Source of the DNA: an uncultured Spirochaetaceae bacterium
Lineage (GTDB): Bacteria > Spirochaetota > Spirochaetia > Sphaerochaetales > Sphaerochaetaceae
Assembly (NCBI GenBank): GCA_946629155.1
Contig: CAMOXM010000003.1
Coordinates: 1 to 32,781, forward strand
Length of the DNA: 32,781 bases
Reading direction: 5' to 3'
Under the pieces are notes generated by a model. It searched no databases. It had not been told where the DNA came from and saw nothing but the letters and a program-made list of their open reading frames with translations. A program made the translations under genes and the position numbers. This document shows positions 1-9,724 of this stretch, piece after piece. Positions within the stretch are counted from its first letter, which is position 1. Every line of letters starts with the position of its first letter.

Positions 1-2
1 TA

Positions 3-1196
3 TATCAGACCACGGATGACGAAGCCGTCGAGAAGCTGCTCAACGATGATAAGGGCGCGTTCTATCTCGGAATCGATCCGACGGCGGACAGTCTTCATAT
101 CGGGCACTTTTTCGCGCTCAGGGTTTTCAGGTTTCTTCAAGAGGCCGGTCATCAGGGCATATTGCTGATAGGCGGGGCTACTTCGAGGATAGGCGATCCC
201 AGCGGAAAGAGCGATATGCGCAAGATGCTCGATCAGGAGACGGTTAGCGGAAACCTTGAAAGCATCAAGAGGCTTGTGAGCAATTTCATAATCGTCGATG
301 GGCCGGGGAAGGCGATTTTCCATTCCAATGCGGAGTGGATGTCGGGGTATGATTATGTCGATTTCCTCAGGGACGTGGGCGTTCATTTCAATGTGAACTC
401 GATGCTTCAGGCGGATGCCTATAAGAACAGGATAAAGGAAGGCGGTCTGACTTTCCTGGAAATGGGATACATGCTCATGCAGGCGTACGATTTCGTTCAT
501 CTCAAGTGCAAGCATGGCTGTCGGCTGCAGATAGGCGGAAGCGACCAATGGGGAAACATCGTCGCAGGAACGGCTCTCAACAGAAAGATGTTCGGCATCA
601 AATCCGAAAAGGATGAGATATACGGGCTTACCAATCCTCTTCTGCTGACCAAAGACGGCAAGAAGATGGGCAAGACCGAAAAAGGAACGCTCTGGGTTGT
701 CGGCGACAAGACGCCTGCCTTCGATTTCTATCAATATTTCTACAACATAGAGGATGAAAGCGTCGAAATGCTGCTGCGCCTGTTTACCGAAATCGATTTG
801 AAGGAGATCAGGGAGCTGTGTTCTTCGGATATCTTGAAGGCGAAACGGAGGATGGCGCTTGAGATCACGGCTTTGGTGCATGGCATGGAAGAGGCCAAGA
901 GGACGGAACAGACCGCTATTTCGCTTTTTTCCGACAAGTCCAAATCCGCCGATGCTCCGTCTTGCAGCGTCATCGTTCCCGAAGGCGATCTTCTTCTCGT
1001 GGATTTGATGGCCGATATAAAGTTCGTTCCTTCCAAGTCCGAAGCCAGAAGGCTCATTCAGCAAGGCGCGGTGAGCGTGGATGATGCCAAGGTCGATTCA
1101 ATAAATTTCGCTTTCGCCCATTCGGAAATGAAAAAGAAGGGAAGCGTTCTGATCAAGCGCGGCAAGAAGAATTTCATAAAAGTGGATTTCACTTAA
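3..1196 (+). CDS. tyrS: tyrosine--tRNA ligase, 5' end cut by window edge
   Basis: The frame is open from nt 3. It carries the class I HIGH motif (DPTADSLHIGH, nt ~72-107), a KMSKS-like motif (KKMGKTE) and a C-terminal S4-like tail. ORF-track entry 162..1196 is the same frame. Confidence 0.9.
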   Translation, partial: YQTTDDEAVEKLLNDDKGAFYLGIDPTADSLHIGHFFALRVFRFLQEAGHQGILLIGGATSRIGDPSGKSDMRKMLDQETVSGNLESIKRLVSNFIIVDGPGKAIFHSNAEWMSGYDYVDFLRDVGVHFNVNSMLQADAYKNRIKEGGLTFLEMGYMLMQAYDFVHLKCKHGCRLQIGGSDQWGNIVAGTALNRKMFGIKSEKDEIYGLTNPLLLTKDGKKMGKTEKGTLWVVGDKTPAFDFYQYFYNIEDESVEMLLRLFTEIDLKEIRELCSSDILKAKRRMALEITALVHGMEEAKRTEQTAISLFSDKSKSADAPSCSVIVPEGDLLLVDLMADIKFVPSKSEARRLIQQGAVSVDDAKVDSINFAFAHSEMKKKGSVLIKRGKKNFIKVDFT

Positions 1197-1208
1197 GCGG
1201 TTTGTCGT

Positions 1209-2420
1209 ATGGAAGTGAAGGATAACGGCTTGGTCGAGGATAAGGATGCTGTTCGCAAGGCGAAGAAACTCAAATTCGTAGAGCTGCATGAGGATGTCGT
1301 GCTGAACGGCATCTGCATCCCCGCATACACCAGATTGCCTATTATGACCGATAGCGAGATGGTCAAGGGGAGCATGGAGATTGATAAGAACGCCATAATC
1401 CTCGGTTTGGCAGAAGCGGTTCGAACGAATGTCGAAAACGAGGACATAGCGTTTTTCAAGAGAATACTTCTTAATGACAGGACTTTGGTCGAACGTCTCA
1501 TGAAGCAGGTGTCGTCGATAGGCAAGGACAGTTCCATCGATGACATAAAGCGCAATTATCATGCCATACAGCTTCTCAGATGCTTGCAGGAGACCGAGCT
1601 TTCATTTGTCAATCAGGCGCTGGCGCTTATCAATATGATTCACGACGAGATAGACGACGAGGCTGCGCTTGAGGATATGGAGGACGAGCTTTTCGAGCTT
1701 TTGAAGGCGGGGCTTGAGCTTTATCCGAAATCCTATTCGCTGCTTTTCCACATGGCGGATTATCATAAGAACATGGGCAATTTCGAACTTGCCGAGAAAT
1801 ATGCCGACAAACTGAATGAAAACGGCTATGATGACGATGAAGTCGCGAAGCTGAAAGAGGACATAAGGTATTATTCGGAAAAGAACGAGAGGATTCTCTA
1901 CATATATGACCTGGTGAATCTCAATCGGATTGACGATGCGATAAGAAGCACCAACGAATTTCTGAGCACGGAAAAGGATGATTGGCATGCCAATTTTCTT
2001 CTCGGATGGGCGTATAGGCTGAAGGAAGATTACGAAAACGCCGAAAAATGCCTTTTGCAGAGCGTAGCCAAAGGCGGCGGCGATTTCGCAGAGAACTTCA
2101 ATGAGCTTTCGCTTGCCGCATGGAATCTGGGCAAAAAGGAGCTTGCGATCAAATACAGCGAGATGGCGGCGGATTTGGATGAGAAATCGGTTGCTTATGC
2201 CTGCAATACTGCGATGATGTGCCTTGAAACCAAGGACTACGAGAACGCTTACAGATATTTGTGCGATACGTGGAAGCTTGACAGTAATGATGAGGTTCTC
2301 AAGGAGCTCATAGGAAGATACGAGAAAGAGACGGGAAGCGATTTCGCTTATCCCAAGCCGCTGAAGGAGATTGAAAGGCAGGGCGAGAATTGCTGCCATC
2401 ACGAGAAGCGCCATGATTGA
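1209..2420 (+). CDS. helical-repeat (TPR-like) hypothetical protein
   Basis: 403-aa ORF with TPR-like repeats (AWNLGKKELAIKYSEMAADLD, YENAYRYL). It is 12 nt downstream of tyrS, and its stop overlaps the next start. Confidence 0.55.
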   Translation: MEVKDNGLVEDKDAVRKAKKLKFVELHEDVVLNGICIPAYTRLPIMTDSEMVKGSMEIDKNAIILGLAEAVRTNVENEDIAFFKRILLNDRTLVERLMKQVSSIGKDSSIDDIKRNYHAIQLLRCLQETELSFVNQALALINMIHDEIDDEAALEDMEDELFELLKAGLELYPKSYSLLFHMADYHKNMGNFELAEKYADKLNENGYDDDEVAKLKEDIRYYSEKNERILYIYDLVNLNRIDDAIRSTNEFLSTEKDDWHANFLLGWAYRLKEDYENAEKCLLQSVAKGGGDFAENFNELSLAAWNLGKKELAIKYSEMAADLDEKSVAYACNTAMMCLETKDYENAYRYLCDTWKLDSNDEVLKELIGRYEKETGSDFAYPKPLKEIERQGENCCHHEKRHD

Positions 2421-3264
2421 TTACAAATACGAAAAAGGCAGGAACATAGGTGAGGCGTTCGGAAAGCTGTTCGAGATCCTGAGTCTTCTGAGGTCGCCCG
2501 AAGGTTGTCCGTGGGACAGGAAGGAAACCCCTGAGAGCGCCATAGCCAATTTGAAGTCGGAGCTTTTCGAAGCGCTTGATGAGGTTGTCAGGGGCGATGC
2601 GGACGGAATAGTCGAGGAAACGGGTGACATTCTTCTCAATGCCGTCATGCTCATGGTCATATTGAAGGATGTCAAGGGAATCGACCCTGAAAGAATAGTG
2701 GATGCGACTTGCAAGAAGCTCGTTTCCAGACACCCTCACGTGTTCACTAAGAGCGTGAAGGCTGCAAACAGCGATGATGCGCTGCAGGTTTGGAATTCTG
2801 TCAAGAAAACGGAAGGCAAGGTTGCTGACAAAGATGATTTCTTCTCTAGAATACCTAAATCATGCGGAACTTACGAAAGGGCTGGGGAGGTTTTGGACAA
2901 GGCCATAGGCGCTGGGTTCACATGGGAGAAGACGCAGGATGTTCTGGACCAGGCGGCTTCGGAAATCGAGGAAGTCCGACAGGAGATCGTCAGGCAGCCT
3001 TTCGATGATAACCTCATGGATATGGAAATAGGCGATATGATCTTCTCGGCTCTTGCAGTGGCGCGATATGTCCGCAAGGATCCGGAGACGTGCTTGCGCA
3101 AGTCCTTGGCGAAATTCGAAAAACGCTTCAACAAGATGCGCGCCGAAGCGGACAAGGACGGAATCAGAATCGAAAAGGGGAGCAAGTTTCCGTTGGATGT
3201 ACTTGACAGATATTGGCGAGATGCCAAAAGGCTGGTCGATGAAGAGGCCGCAGCGGGATCCTAA
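2413..3264 (+). CDS. mazG: MazG-family nucleoside triphosphate pyrophosphohydrolase
   Basis: MazG signature LRSPEGCPWDRKET; two-domain length (~284 aa). The start ATG at 2413 overlaps the upstream stop (ATGATTGA); the ORF-track start 2371 was rejected. Confidence 0.8.
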   Translation: MIDYKYEKGRNIGEAFGKLFEILSLLRSPEGCPWDRKETPESAIANLKSELFEALDEVVRGDADGIVEETGDILLNAVMLMVILKDVKGIDPERIVDATCKKLVSRHPHVFTKSVKAANSDDALQVWNSVKKTEGKVADKDDFFSRIPKSCGTYERAGEVLDKAIGAGFTWEKTQDVLDQAASEIEEVRQEIVRQPFDDNLMDMEIGDMIFSALAVARYVRKDPETCLRKSLAKFEKRFNKMRAEADKDGIRIEKGSKFPLDVLDRYWRDAKRLVDEEAAAGS

Positions 3265-4493
3265 TGCTTAAAGCTTCCGAGTTGCATTACAGACGGGACA
3301 GGCGGGGTGCAAGTCCGGCAGGAAAAGAAAGGCTTTCTGTTTTCAGGCCGGAGCAGGAGGAGGTTTTCCGAATCCTCTCGCTTCCTTTTTTCAACAGGTA
3401 TTCCGATAAGACGCAAGTGTATTTCCTCATGGAGAACGACGACATAACCCACAGGGGGCATCATGTTTATAAGGTGTCGTTTCTTTCCAGACTCATCGCC
3501 GCAGCTTTGAATCTCAACGAGACGCTTTGCGAGTCCATATCCCTTGCGCATGACATAGGCCATCCTCCGTTCGCTCATTCGGGCGAGCGCTTTTTGGATA
3601 GGATAATGACCGGCAAGGCTGGAATCCATTTCAACCATGCGCTTCAGAGCATCAGGGTCGTTGAGAAAATCTTTCCGCTCGGCTTGTCTTTGGAAACGCT
3701 TTGCGGAATCGCTTGCCATTCCGGCTTCCTGTTTGATGAAAAGGGGAGGATAGAAAACGCTTCGTTCGAGCATAATCTTGATAGCTTCGATGGCTTCGAC
3801 AATTTCATTTCGCAATGCTATGAGGAAGGGCCGAAACTCATCAAGTCGGCTATCGCTCCTTCATTCGAAGGGCGCGTGGTTCGAATATGCGACATAATAT
3901 CCTATATTTTCCGCGACAGGGAGGATGCGCTGCTCATAGGGTATGACTTCAAATTCGACAATGAAGAGAAAAGTCTGGATGGAGAACGCAAGTTCGTGCA
4001 GGATGTGATAAGGCAATCGCAAAGCAAGGGTTGCGTATGCATGAGCCGCAAAGCCATTGAAACGCTTCAAGTCCTGAGAAAGGAAAACTCCGAACTCATA
4101 TATTCCTCCTCAGACTTCAACAACATAGAGCAAAGCGTGATATACCCTTTGTTCGAGAATCTTTTCATGAGGTTCTTGGACGATTTGAGGAAGGAAGACA
4201 GGTCGTCCGTGATTTTCAAGCATCATATCGATTACATAGAAGGATTCAGGAAAAACAGTCCGGCTTGCCGGCCGAACGGGCCTTATTACAGGATAGACAG
4301 CGAAGCGGACTATTTTCTCATCGCCTCCGATTTCCTTTCGAGCATGAGCGATGATTATTTCATTTCGATTTGCAGGCTGTATTTTCCCAACATAGCGAAA
4401 AAACTCGCCCTCACCGGATATTTCGAAGGCTTCAACCCGAACAAGCGGCGCAAGACCACGGCAATTCTAACTCCCCCTTTATTCGATATTTGA
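3264..4493 (+). CDS. dGTPase-like HD-domain deoxynucleoside triphosphate triphosphohydrolase
   Basis: HD motif LAHDIGHPPFAHSGE, as in the dGTP triphosphohydrolase family; N-terminal RDR...KTQV element. The start overlaps the mazG stop (TAATG). Confidence 0.8.
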   Translation: MLKASELHYRRDRRGASPAGKERLSVFRPEQEEVFRILSLPFFNRYSDKTQVYFLMENDDITHRGHHVYKVSFLSRLIAAALNLNETLCESISLAHDIGHPPFAHSGERFLDRIMTGKAGIHFNHALQSIRVVEKIFPLGLSLETLCGIACHSGFLFDEKGRIENASFEHNLDSFDGFDNFISQCYEEGPKLIKSAIAPSFEGRVVRICDIISYIFRDREDALLIGYDFKFDNEEKSLDGERKFVQDVIRQSQSKGCVCMSRKAIETLQVLRKENSELIYSSSDFNNIEQSVIYPLFENLFMRFLDDLRKEDRSSVIFKHHIDYIEGFRKNSPACRPNGPYYRIDSEADYFLIASDFLSSMSDDYFISICRLYFPNIAKKLALTGYFEGFNPNKRRKTTAILTPPLFDI

Positions 4494-4519
4494 CAAATCT
4501 TTGCCATTCGGTTTACAAT
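4490..4519 (+). promoter_or_regulatory. sigma70-like promoter (TTGACA-18-TACAAT) for the outer-membrane protein gene
   Basis: TTGACA at 4490-4495 and TACAAT at 4514-4519. An AAGGAG ribosome-binding site lies 7 nt before the ATG at 4557. Confidence 0.4.
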
Positions 4520-4556
4520 CTAACAAAATAATCTTTTGAAAAAAAGGAGTTTTTTC

Positions 4557-6206
4557 ATGAAAAGGAAAATTGCTATTATCGCAATGGTGGCGTTCGTGTC
4601 CGTTTCATCACTGTTCGCCGCCAGCAGTTTCGGTGGTAAGGCCAGGCTGAGACTTGGTGTCAAGAAAGACACTAACAACGATAACTTCAGATATGGTATG
4701 GAAGATGCCAGCGATGCCAACTTCAATTTCGAACTTCTTGAGAACACCAAGAACATCGCAGGCAAGGGTTCCACTTACGCTGAAATCAGCGCGATTGCTA
4801 AGATAAGATTTAAGAGGGTGACCGATTCTCTCACTTTCAACTGGAATGACATTTCCCTGACCGATAGGCTTCAGTACATGATCGGCTTGAATTACGCCAA
4901 CTTGGTGTTCGATGCCGAGAAGAACTTCAAGCTCGGTATTTCCGGAATATCGCCTGTTCAGAGATATGCGCAAGGATGGGAAGTCGAACTTGATAACGGC
5001 AACACCATCGGCACGACCCCGTTTATGACGTTCAATACCGCTTTCAAGAGCGATAACGACTATTACCAGAACTACGTAAGGGCTCACGGCGGCTGGCTGC
5101 CTGCGATGACGCTTACTTATGGCAAGGCTGCTTTGTCTTTGGGTCTTGCCGGCGGATATGGACCTGGAAGCAAGGATGACCCGAGCTACCTCGTTCTGCT
5201 TCAGGGCAACGACATGGTTGTTTCGGACGGCACGAAGCTTTCCGGAAACATCGGTATATTCCGCAACAACGCTCTCATAGTTCCTGGGGTGACAGTGACA
5301 GAGGATGGACCGCAGCACCAGACTTCGGATCAGACGCATTTGCTCTATGGTGCTAAGCTTGATTACAAGAAAGACGATGTGGCTCTTAAGATCGGTGCGA
5401 CTGGTAACGCCAAGATCGCTTCCGGCGATGATCTGCCTTTCACCGATGTCGATGAGGCGAACGCAATCGAAGCGTCTTTGAACTTCGCTTATACGGGCGA
5501 TATCAAAGCCTCCATCGATGCTTGGTTCCTTGATAACCAGGCTCTTTGGGCTGATGATGATGAGCCGGATTGGGTCACTTATGAGAACACTGCCGATCTC
5601 GGTTATGTCTATCGAAGGGCAGATGGTTCTTTCCTCGGAAAGGAGCAGCGCAGGGGCGTGAACAACGTCACTCTTCACAAGGCTCTTTCCGTGAGGGCTA
5701 ATGTCCAGCCGATCGACATGCTCGGAATAACCCTCAGGGGTCAGGACCTCCTCAACCAGTGCATAATCGGCTTGGATGCTCCCATCAAGGTTTCCGATGA
5801 TCTCACGATTACACCGACTTTCGAGTACACCGTGGATACTGAGAAGACCTATGCTGACGGTTCTTGGTCGAACAACGGCGAGGCTAACCCGATCATCGAA
5901 GGTCAGGTCGCTTGCAACTACAAGCAGCCGATGTACACCATCTACGGATATATCAGAGCTGGTTCCGAACTCCATGCTGATAGGTTCCAGAAGGACGGCA
6001 AGGCCGGTTCGAATTCTCTTTGGATCAAGCCATACCTCAACATCCAGACCAGAAATCTGATTGATGGCGCCAGGCTTACCTTCCAGTGGAGCCATGGAAC
6101 GTTCAACACCGATGGCGAGTTGGACGGATGGGTTCCCAGCGACAAGTACCATGCAGGTTCGGGTATCGGAAGGATTTATGTCGAAGCAAGAATCGACTTC
6201 AAATAA
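4557..6206 (+). CDS. outer-membrane beta-barrel (porin-like) protein with signal peptide
   Basis: N-terminal signal peptide MKRKIAIIAMVAFVSVSSLFAAS; alternating amphipathic beta-strand character; C-terminal ...ARIDFK aromatic end. A strong terminator follows. Confidence 0.6.
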   Translation: MKRKIAIIAMVAFVSVSSLFAASSFGGKARLRLGVKKDTNNDNFRYGMEDASDANFNFELLENTKNIAGKGSTYAEISAIAKIRFKRVTDSLTFNWNDISLTDRLQYMIGLNYANLVFDAEKNFKLGISGISPVQRYAQGWEVELDNGNTIGTTPFMTFNTAFKSDNDYYQNYVRAHGGWLPAMTLTYGKAALSLGLAGGYGPGSKDDPSYLVLLQGNDMVVSDGTKLSGNIGIFRNNALIVPGVTVTEDGPQHQTSDQTHLLYGAKLDYKKDDVALKIGATGNAKIASGDDLPFTDVDEANAIEASLNFAYTGDIKASIDAWFLDNQALWADDDEPDWVTYENTADLGYVYRRADGSFLGKEQRRGVNNVTLHKALSVRANVQPIDMLGITLRGQDLLNQCIIGLDAPIKVSDDLTITPTFEYTVDTEKTYADGSWSNNGEANPIIEGQVACNYKQPMYTIYGYIRAGSELHADRFQKDGKAGSNSLWIKPYLNIQTRNLIDGARLTFQWSHGTFNTDGELDGWVPSDKYHAGSGIGRIYVEARIDFK

Positions 6207-6231
6207 TAAGAATTGACTCGATAACAATTTC

Positions 6232-6268
6232 GGGCTCCTGGGTCGTTAGGCTTCAGGAGCCTTTTTTT
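6232..6268 (+). terminator. Rho-independent terminator
   Basis: GGGCTCCTG...CAGGAGCC stem followed by a T7 run, directly after the OMP stop. Confidence 0.65.
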
Positions 6269-6285
6269 ATTGGAGGTTTTCCTGA

Positions 6286-6383
6286 AGGGCGCTTCTAAAA
6301 ATCCCAGAGTCCAAACCTGCCAGATGTCCTTCCGACTGAAAAGCCACAAGCATCTTCGAACAGCAGGTTTTTAGAAGTGCCCT
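6286..6383. repeat. MITE-like element, short copy A (~98 bp) with terminal inverted repeats AGGGCGCTTCTAAAAA / TTTTTAGAAGTGCCCT
   Basis: The terminal inverted repeats were read directly. It belongs to the same family as the copies at 26641-26802 and 31415-31579. Confidence 0.7.
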
Positions 6384-6537
6384 GAAATTTTTTTCTTCAT
6401 GATGCTCGCCCTTCCGTCGCATAGCATCCGTTTCGAAAAAAATTCCAGGGCAACCTCCTGATTGCAACTTTTACGGAAAAAGATATAATAGGAATAATAA
6501 TATATTGTTCGTCTATTATAATAGAGGAGAATGAGAG

Positions 6538-7737
6538 ATGAAGGACAAAGTAACGATTGGAATGTACATCGATCAGCTTAGGGGTTATGATACTTCTAAA
6601 ATGTATCTGAACGATTTTTATCACACCTGGAAGGAAAGCGATGACGAGATCGCTGCTACCTTCACTGTGGCTGAGATTCTCAGGGGGCTTAGGGAAAACA
6701 ACATTTCCAGCAAGGTCTTCAAGTCGGGTCTTGGAATTTCGCTTTTCAGGGACAACTCGACTAGGACGAGGTTCAGCTTCGCTTCCGCTTGCAATCTTCT
6801 CGGACTCGAGGTTCAGGATTTGGATGAGGGCAAGAGCCAGATAGCGCACGGCGAGACCGTTAGGGAAACGGCCAACATGATTTCGTTCATGGCTGATGTC
6901 ATCGGAATCAGGGATGACATGTATATAGGAAAGGGCCACGCCTATATGAAGGAAGTCGCCGATGCTGTTCAACAAGGCTACAGGGATGGCGTTCTCGAGC
7001 AGAGGCCTACCCTTGTCAATCTTCAATGCGACATCGACCACCCGACTCAGACGATGGCTGATATGCTTCATGTCATCAATTATTTTGGCGGCGTCGATAA
7101 GCTCAAGGGAAAGAAAGTCGCTATGACTTGGGCATACAGTCCCTCTTATGGCAAACCGCTCTCTGTTCCGCAGGGCGTGATCGGCCTTTTCTCGAGGTTC
7201 GGCATGGAAGTGGTTCTCGCGCATCCGGAAGGCTACGACATCATGAAGGACGTCGAGGACGTCGCCAGATCCAACTCGCTCAAGAGCGGCGGTTCGTTCA
7301 GGAAAGTCAATTCGATGGAAGAGGCTTTCGAGGGTGCGGACATCGTTTACCCTAAGTCTTGGGCTCCGTATTCCATTATGGAGGAAAGGACAAGGCTTGT
7401 CGAAACGGGCGACAAGCAGGCGCTTGCCGACCTTGAAAGAAGGTGTCTTGAGAACAACGCCAGGTTCAAGAATTGGGAGTGCACCGAAGAGCTTATGGCT
7501 TCCACGAGGAACGGCAAGGCTCTCTATCTGCATTGTTTGCCCGCTGATATTACGGGTGTTTCATGCGAAGCCGGCGAGGTTTCCGCTTCTGTTTTCGACA
7601 GGTATAGGGATCCTCTTTACAAGCAGGCTTCTTTCAAGCCTTATATCATAGCCGCGATGATCTTCCTTTCGAAGTTCAAGAATCCTGCGGAAAAGCTACA
7701 GCAGCTGCTTGACGAGGCTAAGCCGAGAATCAAATAA
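6538..7737 (+). CDS. YgeW-like (knotted) carbamoyltransferase of the OTC/ATC superfamily
   Basis: Carbamoyl-phosphate motif STRTRFSF and an HCLP motif. Its 399-aa length, with N-terminal and internal extensions, is typical of YgeW-type enzymes rather than canonical OTC. Ribosome-binding site GAGGAG. Confidence 0.75.
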   Translation: MKDKVTIGMYIDQLRGYDTSKMYLNDFYHTWKESDDEIAATFTVAEILRGLRENNISSKVFKSGLGISLFRDNSTRTRFSFASACNLLGLEVQDLDEGKSQIAHGETVRETANMISFMADVIGIRDDMYIGKGHAYMKEVADAVQQGYRDGVLEQRPTLVNLQCDIDHPTQTMADMLHVINYFGGVDKLKGKKVAMTWAYSPSYGKPLSVPQGVIGLFSRFGMEVVLAHPEGYDIMKDVEDVARSNSLKSGGSFRKVNSMEEAFEGADIVYPKSWAPYSIMEERTRLVETGDKQALADLERRCLENNARFKNWECTEELMASTRNGKALYLHCLPADITGVSCEAGEVSASVFDRYRDPLYKQASFKPYIIAAMIFLSKFKNPAEKLQQLLDEAKPRIK

Positions 7738-7810
7738 GGATTGATTCGATTATGCGGAGCAAACCGTAAAGTGCCGTTTGCTGCGTATCCGCGCTGCTGC
7801 GTGGTTAGGG

Positions 7811-7839
7811 GGCGATGGGATTTTCCTGTCGCCTTTTTT
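7811..7839 (+). terminator. probable Rho-independent terminator
   Basis: Imperfect GC stem GGCGATGGGA/TTCCTGTCGCC followed by TTTTTT after the carbamoyltransferase stop. Confidence 0.4.
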
Positions 7840-7859
7840 ATTAGAGGTATTTTCAAAAT

Positions 7860-8010
7860 TCCTTTCTTCACGCTACTCGCTCTTCCAGCGTAAGCCGCAA
7901 GTCCTTCGGATTCACCTCCGGAACGGGCATATACACAAAGTATTAGCCCGTTCCGGAGGGGAACGCCCTACGTCGGAATAGACTTCGCATCGTTTTGAAA
8001 TCAATTTTGA
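7860..8010. repeat. diverged copy of the composite intergenic repeat family (CTTCAYGCTRCTYGCTCTTCC ... AGACTTCGCATCRTTTTGAAATCA) with an internal 11-bp-arm hairpin
   Basis: It shares both end blocks with the 13012 and 13215 copies. The internal hairpin is CCGGAACGGGC...GCCCGTTCCGG. Confidence 0.5.
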
Positions 8011-8070
8011 AAAGACCTAATTAGAGATGATTGCCTTGAGATAAATTTTGGGACAATCTCCCTCGTTCGG

Positions 8071-8101
8071 ATTTCTAGAAGCATTTGGGTTTTTAGAAGC
8101 G
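8071..8101. repeat. solo MITE terminal-repeat-like fragment (ATTTCTAGAAGCA...GTTTTTAGAAGCG)
   Basis: It matches the GTTTTTAGAAG terminal-repeat core of the MITE family; no second end is nearby. Confidence 0.35.
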
Positions 8102-8161
8102 TTCCGGATATGCTGGTTATCGGCTGGCTGATTCCGGAAGCGGTTTATTAGGAGAAGATAA

Positions 8162-9064
8162 ATGTTTGCGAGAAAGATGGCGGCATTGATGCTGCTGATG
8201 GTTTTGACTTGTTTTTCATGCGCCAAGAACGCTGAAGGCGCAAAGGGTTCGGCTGATGTCGAGGCGACAGGTTCCGAGAGTTCCGAATCCGGTTCCAGAC
8301 CAACCGATTATGTTCAAATAAACGACAATGCCTTGAAGGTTAAGAGAGCGAACGGCGAGACGGTTGAGATCGCGCCTTGCGCCCCGTCGAACACCTGCGA
8401 TGATGTCGCCTATGCCCTTGCGATGCAGATTATCGGCAATATCAAGGGCATCTATTCCGAGGTCTATGGCAGGGAGCAGAAAGCGAACCTTTCCGATTCC
8501 GAAATCGGTTCTTTCCTTCAGGGCTTGCTTGATGCGGAAAACGGCAGGGAGTTGGATTACGGATTCATGATGGATATTGGGAATCGTCTTCAGGCCGATG
8601 CGGATGCGAAAAGGGCCAAGAGCCGCGAAGCAGCCGAGAACTATTTCAAATCGTTGGAGGCTCGCGAAGACATAATCAAAACTGATTCGGGTCTTATGTA
8701 TGAGGTGATTGCCGAAGGCGACGGCAATGGCGGAATCGATAGCGAATCGAAAGTGAATGTAGATTATGTCATGTCGGTCTATCAGGAAGGCGCGCCTGAT
8801 AACAAAGTCGAGGCGGATAGCAATCAGGATATTGATTTCATCGTTTCCAATCTGATTCCCGGAGCTATCGAGGGTTTGAAGCTTATGAGGGAAGGCTCTG
8901 AGTATGTGTTCTATATAAATCCCGAACTCGGATACGGACCTGTTGCGGTAAGCCCCGTAATCGGACCGGATTCGTATCTCATATTCAAAGTGAAGGTCAA
9001 CAAGATACATCCGGACGAAACGCCTGAAGATAGTGAAGCGCCTTCTTCCGAACGGACTGAATAG
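8162..9064 (+). CDS. FKBP-type peptidyl-prolyl cis-trans isomerase lipoprotein (FkpA/Mip-like)
   Basis: Signal peptide with a lipobox-like LTCFSC; C-terminal FKBP domain (VNVDYVMSVYQEG...YVFYINPELGYGP). Confidence 0.75.
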   Translation: MFARKMAALMLLMVLTCFSCAKNAEGAKGSADVEATGSESSESGSRPTDYVQINDNALKVKRANGETVEIAPCAPSNTCDDVAYALAMQIIGNIKGIYSEVYGREQKANLSDSEIGSFLQGLLDAENGRELDYGFMMDIGNRLQADADAKRAKSREAAENYFKSLEAREDIIKTDSGLMYEVIAEGDGNGGIDSESKVNVDYVMSVYQEGAPDNKVEADSNQDIDFIVSNLIPGAIEGLKLMREGSEYVFYINPELGYGPVAVSPVIGPDSYLIFKVKVNKIHPDETPEDSEAPSSERTE

Positions 9065-9093
9065 GCGGCTGACAAGCGCTTTGCAAGGAGGAC

Positions 9094-9675
9094 TTGCTTA
9101 TGAGTAGGAATGGCGTAGTGAACAGAAGCGTCAATCTCTTGGTTGCGGGAATAATATCATTGGTTGCCGTAATTACGGGAATTCTGTTGCTGTTCTATAC
9201 CTACGACACGATGAAGGCGATTACCGTAGTCATCGGCATAGCCGCTTTATTCGTAGCCATTCGTTCGTTGATGATATCCAAGGAGATCGATGATCCGAGT
9301 CTTAAATCATCCATGAAGGTCAGGGCTTTGATATCGATAGCGGTAGCCGTCATGATGATAGTTTTCCCGTCTCTCTTATACAACGTCAATAAGTATATCT
9401 GGTATTTTGTGATTTATTTGGCGGCTTTCGTGCTGATTTCGTCGGGGGTGCTGGCGATTGCGCAAGCGATATTGTTCAAATCGGAATGGTGGAAAAGCTC
9501 GCTGATTTTCGAAGGGCTGCTTTCATTAGTGGCAGGATTGGCTTTGCTTCCCGATGTAATGACGAGGTTTTTAGGCGATTTCATATTGAAGCTGTTCGGA
9601 ATCGCATTGGTGGTGCTGGGCGTTTGCTATTTCATATCGAACTTCAACAGGCGATACGATTTGAAGGAGATATAG
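9094..9675 (+). CDS. polytopic membrane protein (HdeD/DUF308-like short-repeat TM protein)
   Basis: About six hydrophobic helices with repeated GxxxL spacing; no other signature. Confidence 0.55.
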   Translation: MLMSRNGVVNRSVNLLVAGIISLVAVITGILLLFYTYDTMKAITVVIGIAALFVAIRSLMISKEIDDPSLKSSMKVRALISIAVAVMMIVFPSLLYNVNKYIWYFVIYLAAFVLISSGVLAIAQAILFKSEWWKSSLIFEGLLSLVAGLALLPDVMTRFLGDFILKLFGIALVVLGVCYFISNFNRRYDLKEI

Positions 9676-9724
9676 GCTTACGCTCGACATCGTTCTGATA
9701 TGCGCGACGGCGCTTTGCATTGGC

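Noticed and set aside
2371-2412. Upstream start for mazG
   Set aside because: The 14 extra codons overlap the end of the TPR gene. The ATG at 2413 gives the canonical MazG N-terminus and a stop/start overlap.
1602-2414. Long minus-strand ORFs antisense to well-supported + strand genes: 1602-2414, 4608-6227, 6397-7533, 17506-18378 and 24291-24962
   Set aside because: Each lies wholly inside a + strand gene with clear family motifs. They have no ribosome-binding site or start context and no recognisable motifs of their own, and are typical shadow ORFs of GC-biased codons.
7128-7651. Small + strand ORFs 7128-7355 and 7334-7651 inside the carbamoyltransferase gene
   Set aside because: They are alternative frames of a well-supported CDS, and Arg/Gly-rich as expected from frame-shifted GC-rich coding sequence.
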